From Candidatus Velthaea sp. (GTDB taxonomy: Bacteria > Vulcanimicrobiota > Vulcanimicrobiia > Vulcanimicrobiales > Vulcanimicrobiaceae): a stretch of 64,000 nucleotides of DNA. Within the stretch, counting starts at the first letter, position 1. Each line of letters starts with the position of its first letter. The notes beneath the pieces are model-generated. The model searched no databases and was not told where the DNA came from. It saw only the letters and a program-made list of their open reading frames with translations. Shown here piece after piece: positions 20,751 through 31,810 of the stretch. A program made the position numbers and the translations under genes. The stretch spans positions 224,001 to 288,000 of the forward strand of contig CBDCCS010000022.1 of assembly GCA_965214935.1 (NCBI GenBank), in the 5' to 3' direction.

Positions 20751-22043
20751 ATGAAGAAGGTTAGCCTGCTGCGGCAGACCCTTCATACTTTGGGGTCCAT
20801 GGCGGGGAATCAAGGGCTGCAAATTGCCGCGGGCGTTGCCATCTCACGCATTTATGGACCGCCCGGCAAGGGCATGGTCACCTATGCCGGGATTGCGATT
20901 CTCGGCGTCATTGCCATTGCCGATGGTTTGAGTTCCGCCATCGCGCGGCAGTGCGGGGACGATGCTACCCGGATTCCTACGGCTCGCGCAGCCGCTCTAC
21001 GGCTCGTCTTGCTCGTATCGGCTTGCACGGCGTTGCCCTTGCTGCTTTTGGGCGCCGGCGTCCCGGCTCAACATGCCTTGCTCTATGTCGGGCTGGCGTT
21101 ACCGTTTGCGCTGTACGTTCAGACGATGAGCGGATTTCATCTCATCGCGCAACGAGTCGAGCGAACGAATATCGCGTCGCTGGTTATCAACGCCGGCGCC
21201 GCTCTCGCAATGCTCGTCGTTGCGATCGCCGTGCGGCCGCCTATCGATGTGATCATGAGTATCTGGGCAGCCGGATATGTCGCCGGGGCAGCGATCCTCT
21301 TACCCGGTTCGCATGCTATCGGCGTCGCATCGCACGAGATTCGAACGTTTCTCGCAACGCAAACGCGCTTCGCCGTTCGGGCTTCATCCGCCGCGCTTAT
21401 GACCTTTCTTGCCTCGCGTGCAGATGTGTTTATCGTCGCTGCCACACTTTCGGCGACGGCACTCGGAAACTATACGCTGGCTCTTGCCTGTGGCGAACTG
21501 ATGTGGCAGATCGGCCGCGCATTATCATGGTCGGCGTACGGCCGGGTTGCAACGTTGAACTTTGCCGACGCGGCACTTCTTACAGCACGCATAACCCGCA
21601 TCGTCTTAGCCGTTGAAGTGACCGCCGCCGCCGTGGCTTTCATCGTCGGTCCGGCGCTCTTCACGTTAGTTTACGGCGTTGCATTTTCGGCCGCCGGTCC
21701 GGTCTTACGAATACTCGTTCCCGGGATGGCGCTGTACGCAGCCGACTCGATCCTATCGTATTTCTTGTCGGTTAAAGTCGGCCGTCCGGGCTTGATCCTC
21801 CGGATCGAGACCGTCACGCTGGTCGTCTGTACCGCCGGATCGGTCGCGACGGTCGCGCGTTTTGGCATCGTCGGCCCGGCCGTCGCAACGACGGTTGCCT
21901 ATCTTCTTTCTTTCAGCGTCAAGGCGGCGCTATTTTCGCGTTTCACCGGTCTTGGGCCGGCTGCGCTTATCTTGTTCCGATTTGCCGATCTTCAAAAAGG
22001 CGGCGTTGTCGGCGGCGAGCCCGTCGTTAGCGCGATCGCCTAA
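20751..22043 (+). CDS. Wzx-like flippase (MOP superfamily)
   Basis: ISRIYGPPGKG, SRADVFIV, LGNYTLA, FGIVGPAVA; paralog of the upstream gene. Confidence 0.85.
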   Translation: MKKVSLLRQTLHTLGSMAGNQGLQIAAGVAISRIYGPPGKGMVTYAGIAILGVIAIADGLSSAIARQCGDDATRIPTARAAALRLVLLVSACTALPLLLLGAGVPAQHALLYVGLALPFALYVQTMSGFHLIAQRVERTNIASLVINAGAALAMLVVAIAVRPPIDVIMSIWAAGYVAGAAILLPGSHAIGVASHEIRTFLATQTRFAVRASSAALMTFLASRADVFIVAATLSATALGNYTLALACGELMWQIGRALSWSAYGRVATLNFADAALLTARITRIVLAVEVTAAAVAFIVGPALFTLVYGVAFSAAGPVLRILVPGMALYAADSILSYFLSVKVGRPGLILRIETVTLVVCTAGSVATVARFGIVGPAVATTVAYLLSFSVKAALFSRFTGLGPAALILFRFADLQKGGVVGGEPVVSAIA

Positions 22044-22158
22044 CCACTCGACCTTTTTGCGACGTCGGCACCGGCAGACAGCGCGTTGTTAGGAAGGTCA
22101 ATTCAAGCGGGGACTTTTCACCCGGGGGACGGCCATTCACTCGGGAAAAAGTACGAAC

Positions 22159-22980
22159 ATGGCGAAATCGCAATCTTTGGCGATCATCATCGCTTCCAAA
22201 AACAGAGCAAACGATGTCAGCCGCGCACTCAAAAGCATCGCCTTGCAGAGTGTGCCGCCTGATGATGTTCTGGTTATCGATCAATCGGCGGTAGCGTACG
22301 ATCTCGGCGGTTTTGCCGTTCGGCATATCCATGACCCGTCGATACCGGGCTTGACTGCGGCGCGCAATCGCGGTATCGACCTCGTTGACGCACCGCGCGT
22401 GCTCTTTATCGATGACGACGTCGAGCTTCCGCCCGGCATGATTGCAGCGCTGCACCGGGCGTTCGATTCGCATCCCAATGCCGTCGGCTTCCAATGCGAC
22501 GACCTCGAAGAACACAATTACGGCCGTCTGAACGATCTGCTCGACGGATTATTTTCGCATGGTTTTTTTACGCCGCGGCGCCGTAAGCGACACGGCACGC
22601 ACACCGAAGTAACCTCGCTGGGCGGCTTTGCCATGGCCTACCGGGCGCATGTTTTTGCTCACGAACGATTCGATGAACGCCTCAACGGTTATTCGTTCGG
22701 CGAAGATTGGGATTTCTCCAAACGTGCCGCACGCTACGGGCGGCTCGTCGTTGCGCCGGGAGCCGAGTTGCATCACTACCATTCGCCGGCCAACCGTTCG
22801 GGTTCACGCGATATGTGCCGCATGCGCTGGACGAATTACCACTACTTCTTTAATAAGTGGTACGCCTCGCCCCCGCCGCTCGAACGTTTGCACAAAGAGT
22901 GGTGGAAGGTCGGCGAAGCGTATCGCTGGTTGCGCGCGGGTCTCGGTTTACCGTCGCATCGCAAAGCAATTAAACGCTGA
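22159..22980 (+). CDS. Glycosyltransferase family 2
   Basis: IIIASKNR, ARNRG, FIDDD, FDERL..GEDWDF. Confidence 0.9.
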   Translation: MAKSQSLAIIIASKNRANDVSRALKSIALQSVPPDDVLVIDQSAVAYDLGGFAVRHIHDPSIPGLTAARNRGIDLVDAPRVLFIDDDVELPPGMIAALHRAFDSHPNAVGFQCDDLEEHNYGRLNDLLDGLFSHGFFTPRRRKRHGTHTEVTSLGGFAMAYRAHVFAHERFDERLNGYSFGEDWDFSKRAARYGRLVVAPGAELHHYHSPANRSGSRDMCRMRWTNYHYFFNKWYASPPPLERLHKEWWKVGEAYRWLRAGLGLPSHRKAIKR

Positions 22981-23037
22981 TGAACGGCATTGCGGAACAG
23001 TCGCAGTTGTGCCGATGATGCTGCTGGAGGCGCAAGC

Positions 23038-24261
23038 TTGAAACTGTTATATTTAACGGCGATTTTGCCATTCGGACCACAGGAGACGTTCCTGCGGCCC
23101 GAACTCCGCACGCTCGGTAAATCCGATGAGGTCATCGTCACTTCGACGCGGCCGCAGCAGAGAAATGTGGAATACGCCGACGTCGGCGCGAAAGCTCATT
23201 ACCTCGACAATCGTGACGGCAACACGCTGGCACTCGCCTGGGCTGAAGTCCGGCGCTCACCGTCGGCCGTGCTCTCGGCACTCGGGGCGATCGCCCTGCC
23301 TTGGTATCGTCCGATGGCGAAAATCAAAAATCTCGCGCTTTTTCCGAAAGCTCTCGCCGTTACGCAATTGGTTCGTCGCGAAGGCGTCGAGCACATACAC
23401 GCACAGTGGATTACGACGCCGGCGACGATTGCGTTCATCGCCTCGCGCTTGACCGGCGTTCCCTGGAGCATCACCGCTCACCAGCACGACATTTTTAGCG
23501 ATAACATGTTGACCGCCAAGGTGCGCGAAGCCCGGTTCACCCGAATCATCTCAGCGCGCAATCGGCGTTTTCTACAAGAGTATATCGCGCCCGACGTTCG
23601 CGCGAAATGCGTCGTTGTGTATCTTGGCGTCGACATACCACAAAGCGTCGTTGAACCGCCGATGCGCGCCGTTCCGAGACTCATCTGCGCCGCGCGGCTC
23701 GGCATCTGGAAGGGTCACACGGTGCTTATCGACGCGCTCGTCGAATTACGACGGCGCGGACTGGACTTCGCGTGCGATTTTGCCGGCGAAGGCGAGTTGC
23801 GCAGCATCGTGGTTGCTGCGCTCGCAAAGTCGGGTCTCGGAGAGCGGGTGAGACTTCTCGGTCGCGTCGATCATGAGATCCTCACTGCATCTCTGGCCGC
23901 CGGTAATTACGACTGCTTTGTTCTCGCAAGCACCGAAGCGCCGGGCGAACACGAGGGCGTTCCGATTGCGATCATGGAGGCGATGGCGGCCGGGTTGCCG
24001 GTCGTTTCGACGGTCACGGGCAGCATCGACGAACTTGTTATCCCGGGCACCGGAACGCTCGTTCCCCAGCGCGATCCACTTGCGCTTGCCGACGCACTCG
24101 AGCCGCTGCTGCGAAGCCAGGCGCTGTGCCGCGAAGTTGGAGCACGAGCACGCGAACACGTACGCGAACGGTTCTCAACTCAAGCAACGACGGCTTTACT
24201 GCGCGCGTATATTGACGGCACAGCCGACGTTACGGCAAAGCCTGTGCCGACAACGGCATAA
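23038..24261 (+). CDS. Glycosyltransferase family 4 (WcaL-like)
   Basis: ETFL, HIHAQW, SITAH..DIF, EGVPIAIMEAMAAG; TTG start with GGAGG. Confidence 0.9.
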   Translation: MKLLYLTAILPFGPQETFLRPELRTLGKSDEVIVTSTRPQQRNVEYADVGAKAHYLDNRDGNTLALAWAEVRRSPSAVLSALGAIALPWYRPMAKIKNLALFPKALAVTQLVRREGVEHIHAQWITTPATIAFIASRLTGVPWSITAHQHDIFSDNMLTAKVREARFTRIISARNRRFLQEYIAPDVRAKCVVVYLGVDIPQSVVEPPMRAVPRLICAARLGIWKGHTVLIDALVELRRRGLDFACDFAGEGELRSIVVAALAKSGLGERVRLLGRVDHEILTASLAAGNYDCFVLASTEAPGEHEGVPIAIMEAMAAGLPVVSTVTGSIDELVIPGTGTLVPQRDPLALADALEPLLRSQALCREVGARAREHVRERFSTQATTALLRAYIDGTADVTAKPVPTTA

Positions 24262-24278
24262 ACGATCCCCGCAGGTTA

Positions 24279-25484
24279 TTATCCGGCATTTAGTAGACGC
24301 GAGCGCGCTTGGTAAGCAATTGCCGACTCATAGAGCGTGACGAGTTGCGCGGCACGCTGGCTCCACGAGTACTCAGACTCAACGAATCGCCGGGCGGCAA
24401 GTGCCCGGCGGCCGCGAAGATTCGCGTCGTTCAGCAATCGAGATACGGCATTTGCGAAGACTTGCGATTCGGTGTCGACGATCTCGGCCTCGAGATCGCT
24501 TGCACCGATACTGCGATTCGCAAAGCTGCTCGTGACGACGGGAACGCCCGCGGCCATTGCTTCGAGAACTTTGTTCTGCATGCCGGACCCGCAACGTATC
24601 GGACATATGGCGACGGTAGCGCGATGCAGATAGGGTAACATGCTGTCGACTTTGCCGGTCACTTCAACGCCGGGCATCCGCCCAAGCGCAACGACCGCGG
24701 GCGCCGGTCGCGCACCAGCGATCACCAAACGTAATGCCGGGTGCCGTTCGCGCAATTTCGCCCAACATGCACCGGTAAACCAGACGACAGCGTCAATATT
24801 GGGCTGATAGCCCATGTTGCCGGTGAAAAGCAATGTTGCCGCTTCACGCCCGACGTCCGAAAACGGCACTGCTTGGGTGTCGACTCCGTTCGGTATGATT
24901 GCAAGCCGCGGCTCCTGAATTGCATCGCGGTCGAGGTCGGCGATGACGAATCCGCCTGCCGTGCGAGCCGCAACGGAGCGCTCGTAGGACGCGACGCGAG
25001 CATATTCCAAATCGTAGAATCGCCGCATGACCGGGCCGACAACTTCGCGCCGCGTTTGAATGTTGGCGGCAAATGAGTCCATGAAATCAACGACGATCGG
25101 CACGTTAGAACCAGCGAACACCGAGGGAGCAACGCGAATCGTCATTGCATGAACGACGTCGAAGCGACCGCGGCTGGTAACGCGCCGGACCGCAGCGCGT
25201 AACTGCGGAGAGTCGAAGTACAGCACTTGAAGCGGCAATCGCGAAGCGAACCCAAGGGTCGCGAGCGAAGCATACGAGCGCAGGCGGCTCGTATGCACGA
25301 CCTCGATTGCGGCGCAATACTTACGCATCTCTAACAACGCCGCATCCGATACCGGTGCTTCCACGGCGGCAATGAGATGAATGCGATGATCGCGGCTCAA
25401 TTCGCGAATCTGGTGGTACGCTCGCAGCGTATCACCTTTAATGATGGGAAACGGAAAGCGCGGTGCGACGAAGCAAATGTCCAT
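24279..25484 (-). CDS. Glycosyltransferase family 4
   Basis: RFPFP..GD.LR, IPNGVD, FTGNMGYQPN.DA, GMQNKVLEAMA. Confidence 0.9.
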   Translation of the reverse strand: MDICFVAPRFPFPIIKGDTLRAYHQIRELSRDHRIHLIAAVEAPVSDAALLEMRKYCAAIEVVHTSRLRSYASLATLGFASRLPLQVLYFDSPQLRAAVRRVTSRGRFDVVHAMTIRVAPSVFAGSNVPIVVDFMDSFAANIQTRREVVGPVMRRFYDLEYARVASYERSVAARTAGGFVIADLDRDAIQEPRLAIIPNGVDTQAVPFSDVGREAATLLFTGNMGYQPNIDAVVWFTGACWAKLRERHPALRLVIAGARPAPAVVALGRMPGVEVTGKVDSMLPYLHRATVAICPIRCGSGMQNKVLEAMAAGVPVVTSSFANRSIGASDLEAEIVDTESQVFANAVSRLLNDANLRGRRALAARRFVESEYSWSQRAAQLVTLYESAIAYQARSRLLNAG

Positions 25485-26173
25485 ATTCCTACCCTCGCGC
25501 CGCCGGAGCACCGAAAAGGTCCGCGGCACCGGCGTCTTGAGCGGAACGGACCCTTTCTGGTTTCGGCTGCAAAAAACTTTGTAAGGAACGGCGTCATCGG
25601 TCACGCTTAACACGAGGTTGATGCGGGGCAGCATCTAAGCGGCGCCGTACGGCTCGACCTTGATCCGATCTGCGCCGGCGGCAAGGCCTCGAGCAAGCCG
25701 TTAACGGTGCATGCCGCGTTAAGCGCTTCAGAGCTACTAATAGCGCTGGCCTCAAATTTGCTTCGACGCAGATTGCAATTAACGACGTAATATCGTGCGC
25801 CGTGTGATCCAAATAACAAATCTGACCGGCGTTTCGAGCTTCGTCGCAATACCGTTCCGAGCATAGGGACTTCGCATTGCCGCATGTATGCACCGCGCTA
25901 ACGGTTTTACTCTCGTGCGAAGCATTGCCAGATGCCTGCAATCGTCTGCATCGTGCAATAACACGGTATGGATCACTTTACTTAGCTCACTAGTTTAACG
26001 TAGGCTAACAACCACGGCCGACATTACGCATTTCATCCGTCGCTCAAGGTATTGAAGCGGATTGAAATCGCATTGCGACGGCGACGACGTTACAAGTCAA
26101 TTCGCGCGCATCGGCTCGATTTGTGCTGCGTTGTTTTCGCGCATCATGCTTTGCACTCGAAGGGTTGATAACA

Positions 26174-27460
26174 ATGCCACGCATTCAATGGCTTTGGCTA
26201 GTCGCGTTTGTACTGACGGCATGTAATAGCGGCGGAGCGTCTGTCGGCAGTCAGAAGGCCGGTTCCGGCGTGCTGCCGGCAAGTGCGGTCGAAGCATCGC
26301 CTTCCGATCAGACACAGTCGATACGTCAAATCGCGGGCGACGCCGGCGCCGACTCGAGTTCGGCTGTCCCGTTCGGCAGCGTCTCGCCGAATTACGATCC
26401 ACCGGCAAATTGGCTGCCTTATCGCGCAGATTCTACGTTCAACCAGCGTCTTTCCAATGTTGACAACCCGACGCGAGACCCGAACGATCGGCAAAAGATC
26501 CAAGCCATGTTCGATTCTGCATTGGGTTCCAATCAGTACCAGGGCAGTATCGCCACTCCGGAATCGACCGCTTTAGCGTCAAACGAGGGCGGCGGCGGTC
26601 TACCGTATTACTTTGCAAAAACGAGCGATCCACTCGTAACGATCAACTGTACGGCATCGTTCGGGACATGTTCGCTGCAAGGAAAGCGCTTTTACGTTCC
26701 GGCGAAAGCTGCCTACGCGCAAAACAACGATCACCACATGGTCGTCGTTCAGCCTAGCGGTTTGGAACTCGACGTTTGGGAGTGGGGTCAGAGCTTCAAA
26801 AGCGGCACGGTGCAGAATCCACCATGGCATAACGGCGAGCAAGTGAATATCGGTTGGGGCGGGCTTGCGGACCTGACGCACGGCACGGGCTGGGATTCAG
26901 CTAATGGCGGGCTTACCGCCGGCGGCAGTGATGGTCTGGCCGGAACGGTCCGCGAGCCGGAACTCGCATCCGGACAAATTCGCCACGCGCTTACGGCAAA
27001 TACGTTTTGCTCGCCGACCAGCGACTATGTTTATCCCGCCGTGCATGCATCGAACCAGCAAAACTGCCATGGCTTACATCTCGCCCCAAATCAAATCGTG
27101 GCAATGGGCAGTCGTCTTTGGCTCGATTTAAGCGATAGCCAAATCGATTCGCTAGCACACTTCAATAGCGCACAAAAAACCGTGCTCCGAGCGCTTCACG
27201 AATACGGCGCATTTGTAAACGACAACAGCGGCTACGATCCGTTGAGCATCGGGGTCATCGAGTCGCAGATTCCCGGTAGCGTCTACGGCGAGGATGTCGT
27301 CGGTCAATGGGGAGCGAGCCATCTGCCGCGCTGGTACGATTGGAAAGGGCTAACTTGGTATGCGGTGCTGTCTGCTTCGGACATGACGAATTACATCGAG
27401 CCGCACCTCCACGTGCTTGCTCCATGTGTCAATGTCGGCTACCCCGGTTCGCGCTGCTGA
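26174..27460 (+). CDS. Lipoprotein of unknown function (distant paralog of the 29310 and 31811 proteins)
   Basis: Lipobox LTAC; motifs DHH, ELD, GQIRHAL, GSRLWL, YGAFVNDNSG. Confidence 0.8.
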   Translation: MPRIQWLWLVAFVLTACNSGGASVGSQKAGSGVLPASAVEASPSDQTQSIRQIAGDAGADSSSAVPFGSVSPNYDPPANWLPYRADSTFNQRLSNVDNPTRDPNDRQKIQAMFDSALGSNQYQGSIATPESTALASNEGGGGLPYYFAKTSDPLVTINCTASFGTCSLQGKRFYVPAKAAYAQNNDHHMVVVQPSGLELDVWEWGQSFKSGTVQNPPWHNGEQVNIGWGGLADLTHGTGWDSANGGLTAGGSDGLAGTVREPELASGQIRHALTANTFCSPTSDYVYPAVHASNQQNCHGLHLAPNQIVAMGSRLWLDLSDSQIDSLAHFNSAQKTVLRALHEYGAFVNDNSGYDPLSIGVIESQIPGSVYGEDVVGQWGASHLPRWYDWKGLTWYAVLSASDMTNYIEPHLHVLAPCVNVGYPGSRC

Positions 27461-27620
27461 CGCGGTAAGCAAAGCCCCAATCGTTCGACGTTACAGAGCG
27501 CGCCGCCATGCGCGTCGAGTGATTTGCGTCGCAGTCGAACGGTATGCCGCCCGTGCACGCGCGGTCGAGCATGCTTGTTCGGACATGACAACGCTCGCGC
27601 TCGTCGCATAGAACCAATCG

Positions 27621-28760
27621 ATGAGGCTAACGCGGACGCGTTCTCGAGAGGGAAAAATACAAACGAGGGTCGTTCACCTCGTAGCGACGTTACGCGACGG
27701 CGGCGCAGAGACACTGGTACGCGCTCTCATCCCGCGCTTAGCCGCCGTTCCCAGCCTTGACGTCCAAGTCGTTTCGGTTTACGATCCGCGGCTTGATGAC
27801 GCCGAGCGCGCGCAACTCGGCGCGCCCTTACATGTCATCGGTCGACGCGGCCGCGCCGATTTGAGCTTTGCGCCGCGCTTATTGCAGACGCTGCGTCGCG
27901 TTGCACCCGACATCGTACACGGGCACATCCATACCGGCAAATATGCGGGCCGGATCGCCGCAATTATCGCCGGTGTTCCGCGGATTGTCTTTACCGAGCA
28001 CGGTGACGAAACGGGTGGCGTCGTCCGATCGGTGGTCAAGCGAATCCTCAACGCCCGCACCGATCGATTCATTGTCTTCACCGAAGCAGAACGCCGGCGT
28101 TACGCGCTCGCTGAAAACTTGGCCTTGCAAAAAATCGATGTTATCGCGAACGGGATCCCGTTGCCCGAACCGACGGACACGGTTGCGACGAGAAAGGAGC
28201 TGCGACTTCAACCAACCGACTTTGCCATCGTCACTGCGGCACGTTTGGTCCACCAAAAGAACCAGGAGCTCGCGTTGCGCGCAGTCGCGAAGCTGCGCGC
28301 GAACGGCCGCAAGCAACTTCGCTTGATCGTCATCGGCGACGGTACCGATGCGCACGCGTTGCGGACGCTTGCTGCCGAACTGGACCTTGCCGATAGCGTT
28401 TCGTTTCTCGGCTATCGGCGCGACGCTCAACGCCTGAGCGCCGCGTGCGACCTCATGGTCCTGCCGTCACGCTGGGAAAAAATGCCGCTTGTTCTCGGCG
28501 AGTCGATGCTTTGCGGCGTACCGGTTGTTACCGCACCGTGGACGGGTGTGCGGGAGTTTGTCGAGCACGGGCAGACCGGGTATGTCACAAACGACTGGAG
28601 CGTAGACGCCTTTTCATCAGCAATTGCCTCGGCGATCGACGATTCGTTCGCGCGCAGAGAGATCGCCGCTGCCGCCAAAGAGACGGCGCTCGACCGTTTC
28701 GATCTCGAGCGCACCGTTGCGCGGCATGCGTCGCTGTATCAGTCGCTCAGCGGCCGTTAA
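27621..28760 (+). CDS. Glycosyltransferase family 4
   Basis: GGAE, PDIVHGH, FTEHG, IANGI, ARL..QK, PSRWE.MP.VLGE. Confidence 0.92.
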   Translation: MRLTRTRSREGKIQTRVVHLVATLRDGGAETLVRALIPRLAAVPSLDVQVVSVYDPRLDDAERAQLGAPLHVIGRRGRADLSFAPRLLQTLRRVAPDIVHGHIHTGKYAGRIAAIIAGVPRIVFTEHGDETGGVVRSVVKRILNARTDRFIVFTEAERRRYALAENLALQKIDVIANGIPLPEPTDTVATRKELRLQPTDFAIVTAARLVHQKNQELALRAVAKLRANGRKQLRLIVIGDGTDAHALRTLAAELDLADSVSFLGYRRDAQRLSAACDLMVLPSRWEKMPLVLGESMLCGVPVVTAPWTGVREFVEHGQTGYVTNDWSVDAFSSAIASAIDDSFARREIAAAAKETALDRFDLERTVARHASLYQSLSGR

Positions 28761-29309
28761 GCCGCATGATTTTGTAATCGCGCTTGCAGGCAATGCTTGC
28801 ATCTCAGTCGTGTGAGCCCGCCGGGCCACGAGTAAGTTTATACCGCTACATGCATCCTGCTGCATCGGCACGGGATGTTCGGTTCACATCATCGGATCGA
28901 CATACCGGAAACCTGACGTTTCATGCCGGCGACGGTCGCCGAGCCGGTGCAGCCGGCTCTTGTGTAGCGCTGATAATTGTAATGGTACGTATTGGTACGA
29001 TGCACTAAGTAACATACTCGAGATGCCGGTTTACATCATAGTGTGACCTCAACAAGCAATGCGCGTGCATTATTTATTTCAGCGGCAGCATAAGTTGCCT
29101 CGCGCGTACGCTGCACTAGCATTGACGTGCCCATATCGACGCAATGTACGAAGATCATTAGCGTTGCGATTGTAAGGTACGAAACCGAACTGCGTGATGC
29201 ATCTAACATAACTATGGAATGACACGCTCAACCTAATAACTACAATCTCTTACGCCGAATCCTAAAGCGTGTTGGGGAGCATGATGTTCCCCGGAGGATT
29301 TACAAGGAT

Positions 29310-31505
29310 ATGTATAAACGCCATTTACAGATGGCCGTTACTTTGTTATTTGCTTGCGGCTTAAGTGCATGCGGCGGCGGCGCCGGCAGCCTACCGCCGG
29401 CAGCAAATCTCAATGTTAATGGAGCTGCATCGAACGGATCTGCAGCTGCGACTCGACACGTTACTTCCATTCATAACGGAAGCAGCGCATACGGTTATAG
29501 CGCACCGTGGGGCGGCTTCGGCGGCAACGGACAGATCTACGTTCTTGCACAAGGTCAATGTCACGACATTGGAGCATCGCCGGCGGGCGGCGTCGTATGG
29601 CCATCGTTCCTTAACACTCTTAAACCGGGTACTGCCATTACAATCGTCGGCACGCCATCGTATGCAAACGCGTGGGCTCAAGAAAACAATTGTCCGACCG
29701 GCGGCATCGTCGCAACGAATGTCACTCTCGGGACGGCTACACCTGCGCCGAACCCGGCGTCGAGTGCTACGCCCGGCATGCCGGCAGCCGTGCAGATTAA
29801 TGCCGGCGGAAGCGCCGTCGCGACCTGGACGGCCGACAGCGGTTTTACTGGTGGCTTTGTCGCTGCGACACTACAGCCGGTAAGTACGGCTTCGGCGGCG
29901 AATCCAGCACCGCAGAATGTCTACCAGTCTAATCGCTACGGTCGTCAATTTGCTTATACGATCGCGCATCTTTCTGCGAACGCAACATACATCGTGCGCC
30001 TACACTTTGCCGAAACATACTTTAACGAAGCCGGCAAAAGAGTTTTCGGCGCTTCGATCAACGGCAGACCGATGTTAGCCAACTTCGATATCTTTGCAGC
30101 AGCGGGCGGTGCGAACGTTGCGGTTACCAAACAGTTTGCAAGTCAAGCCGATTTGAGCGGCGTCATCAACATTACTTTTGCGGCAACGGTCAATAATGCA
30201 CTGGTGTCCGGCATCGAAGTAATGCCGGGCACGATCTTGCCGACACCGGTTCCGACGGTCGCGCCGAGTGCTGCTCCCACGGCAATGCCCACGGCTCCGC
30301 CGAATCCCGGCGGCTTGAACTATCCGGCGCCGTTTCCGCAATGGCAGAATGCTATTGGTCTCAAAACCATTATCGATCCGAACCGTGCCGCCGCGCACAT
30401 CAAATCGTACGATGCCGGAGCAATGAACTTCTATTCGTCGTGGAATCCGAATTGGAGTAACATCGACGGTGGTGTCGCCGGCTGGGACAGTCAAGCGAAT
30501 TATGCGATCACATCCGGCCCCGGCGAAGGTTTCTACGTCGCGTCGAACAGCGATCCGACGTACGACCTCCACTGTTACAACGGCGGCTATTGCGGATATA
30601 CAAACGGTTTGACCGGCATGCACATCCCGTACGGCGCACGCACGCAGAACTCGGGAACCGGCAACTGTGATTGTCACATCTACGTGCTGCAACCCGTAGG
30701 CTGGACGCCGGGCAGTGTAAACGGCGTCAAGTGGCCGAAACTTGCGCCGCCGTATCAGTATGAGATCGACATCGAGAACGCCGCGACGTCGCAGTCATGT
30801 GAAGGCAGCGCTGCTCTGCAGTGCACAACGTTCACCGGCGGTGGTCAGATCTACGCGTGGGGCAGTATCGCTTATTCGACGGGCAGCACCGGCTGGTATG
30901 GCGGTAAGAGTCCGGCGAACGACGGTTTTAGTCCGGCGAATAGTGCGCCGGCGGGCTGGGGCGGATCGGCCGACCACTCGAACACACCGTATACGTCGCT
31001 TGTCGTAAGCGCCCAAGATGTTTTACAAGGCGCCATCAATCATGAAACGGCACTCGGGATCGTTTGCTCCGAGACGCCGCAAAGCGATAACTGGCCGGCG
31101 GCGATCGTCGGCACCGATTACCCTTGCTCGAACATCCAGGGCGGAATGAAAGGCTGGTCTTACGGCGATCATATCTGGCTGCAAAGAACGCCGGCCGAGA
31201 TCCGCAATGATGTCGCAAACCATATCCTAACGACGATGCAAGGGATGCTGGCAATGAGCTTCGCGCAGTACGGCACCTTGGTGTTCGATAACGCAGGAAA
31301 TTGGGGACCGACCTTCCTCGTCAACACAACAAGTGGTGACCCGTTATGGAGCGCAGTCGGCGATAAATACGGCCTGCCGCGCATAACGAAGGCCTTCCGC
31401 AACGTGCAAACCAGCGGCGTGCTCATCAACTTATCGTTACCCATGAGCTACATGAAGGCATACGCGCACGCGATCGACTCGTGCGTCGTTCGCTCCACGT
31501 GCTAA
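29310..31505 (+). CDS. Lipoprotein: malectin domain plus C-terminal domain of unknown function
   Basis: Lipobox LSAC-GGG; malectin motifs INAGG, YQSNRYG, VRLHFAE, GKRVF, FDIF..AGG, NALVSGIEV (~29787-30221); Pro-rich linker; C-domain ~30315-31505. Confidence 0.85.
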   Translation: MYKRHLQMAVTLLFACGLSACGGGAGSLPPAANLNVNGAASNGSAAATRHVTSIHNGSSAYGYSAPWGGFGGNGQIYVLAQGQCHDIGASPAGGVVWPSFLNTLKPGTAITIVGTPSYANAWAQENNCPTGGIVATNVTLGTATPAPNPASSATPGMPAAVQINAGGSAVATWTADSGFTGGFVAATLQPVSTASAANPAPQNVYQSNRYGRQFAYTIAHLSANATYIVRLHFAETYFNEAGKRVFGASINGRPMLANFDIFAAAGGANVAVTKQFASQADLSGVINITFAATVNNALVSGIEVMPGTILPTPVPTVAPSAAPTAMPTAPPNPGGLNYPAPFPQWQNAIGLKTIIDPNRAAAHIKSYDAGAMNFYSSWNPNWSNIDGGVAGWDSQANYAITSGPGEGFYVASNSDPTYDLHCYNGGYCGYTNGLTGMHIPYGARTQNSGTGNCDCHIYVLQPVGWTPGSVNGVKWPKLAPPYQYEIDIENAATSQSCEGSAALQCTTFTGGGQIYAWGSIAYSTGSTGWYGGKSPANDGFSPANSAPAGWGGSADHSNTPYTSLVVSAQDVLQGAINHETALGIVCSETPQSDNWPAAIVGTDYPCSNIQGGMKGWSYGDHIWLQRTPAEIRNDVANHILTTMQGMLAMSFAQYGTLVFDNAGNWGPTFLVNTTSGDPLWSAVGDKYGLPRITKAFRNVQTSGVLINLSLPMSYMKAYAHAIDSCVVRSTC

Positions 31506-31545
31506 ACCGCTAAACAAAACCGGCCGCGCGGCCGAGTGAATCACG

Positions 31546-31587
31546 AAGTCGTTCAAGGCGCACCGCTGCCTTGAACGACTTTTGTGT
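31546..31587 (+). terminator. Rho-independent terminator
   Basis: AAGTCGTTCAAGGC-N8-GCCTTGAACGACTT followed by TTGTGT. Confidence 0.75.
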
Positions 31588-31810
31588 GTGTTGGTGCGGC
31601 TTTCGGCTTAACGGAAGCCCGCCGACGTAGCGTTTTGCCGGGCGCGGCGGCCCAGTAGATACGACCCCCCAACGCAATCGACAACGAGCGGACGACGTCT
31701 AGCGTCGTCGGATGCTTTCAAGCGCGCCGACGTGCCGATCCGTTCTTCTTCCGGCCTTCGTTATTGGACGAGCCTCCTGCGGCAGCGACTGTTTGGAGCT
31801 TACAAACCGG

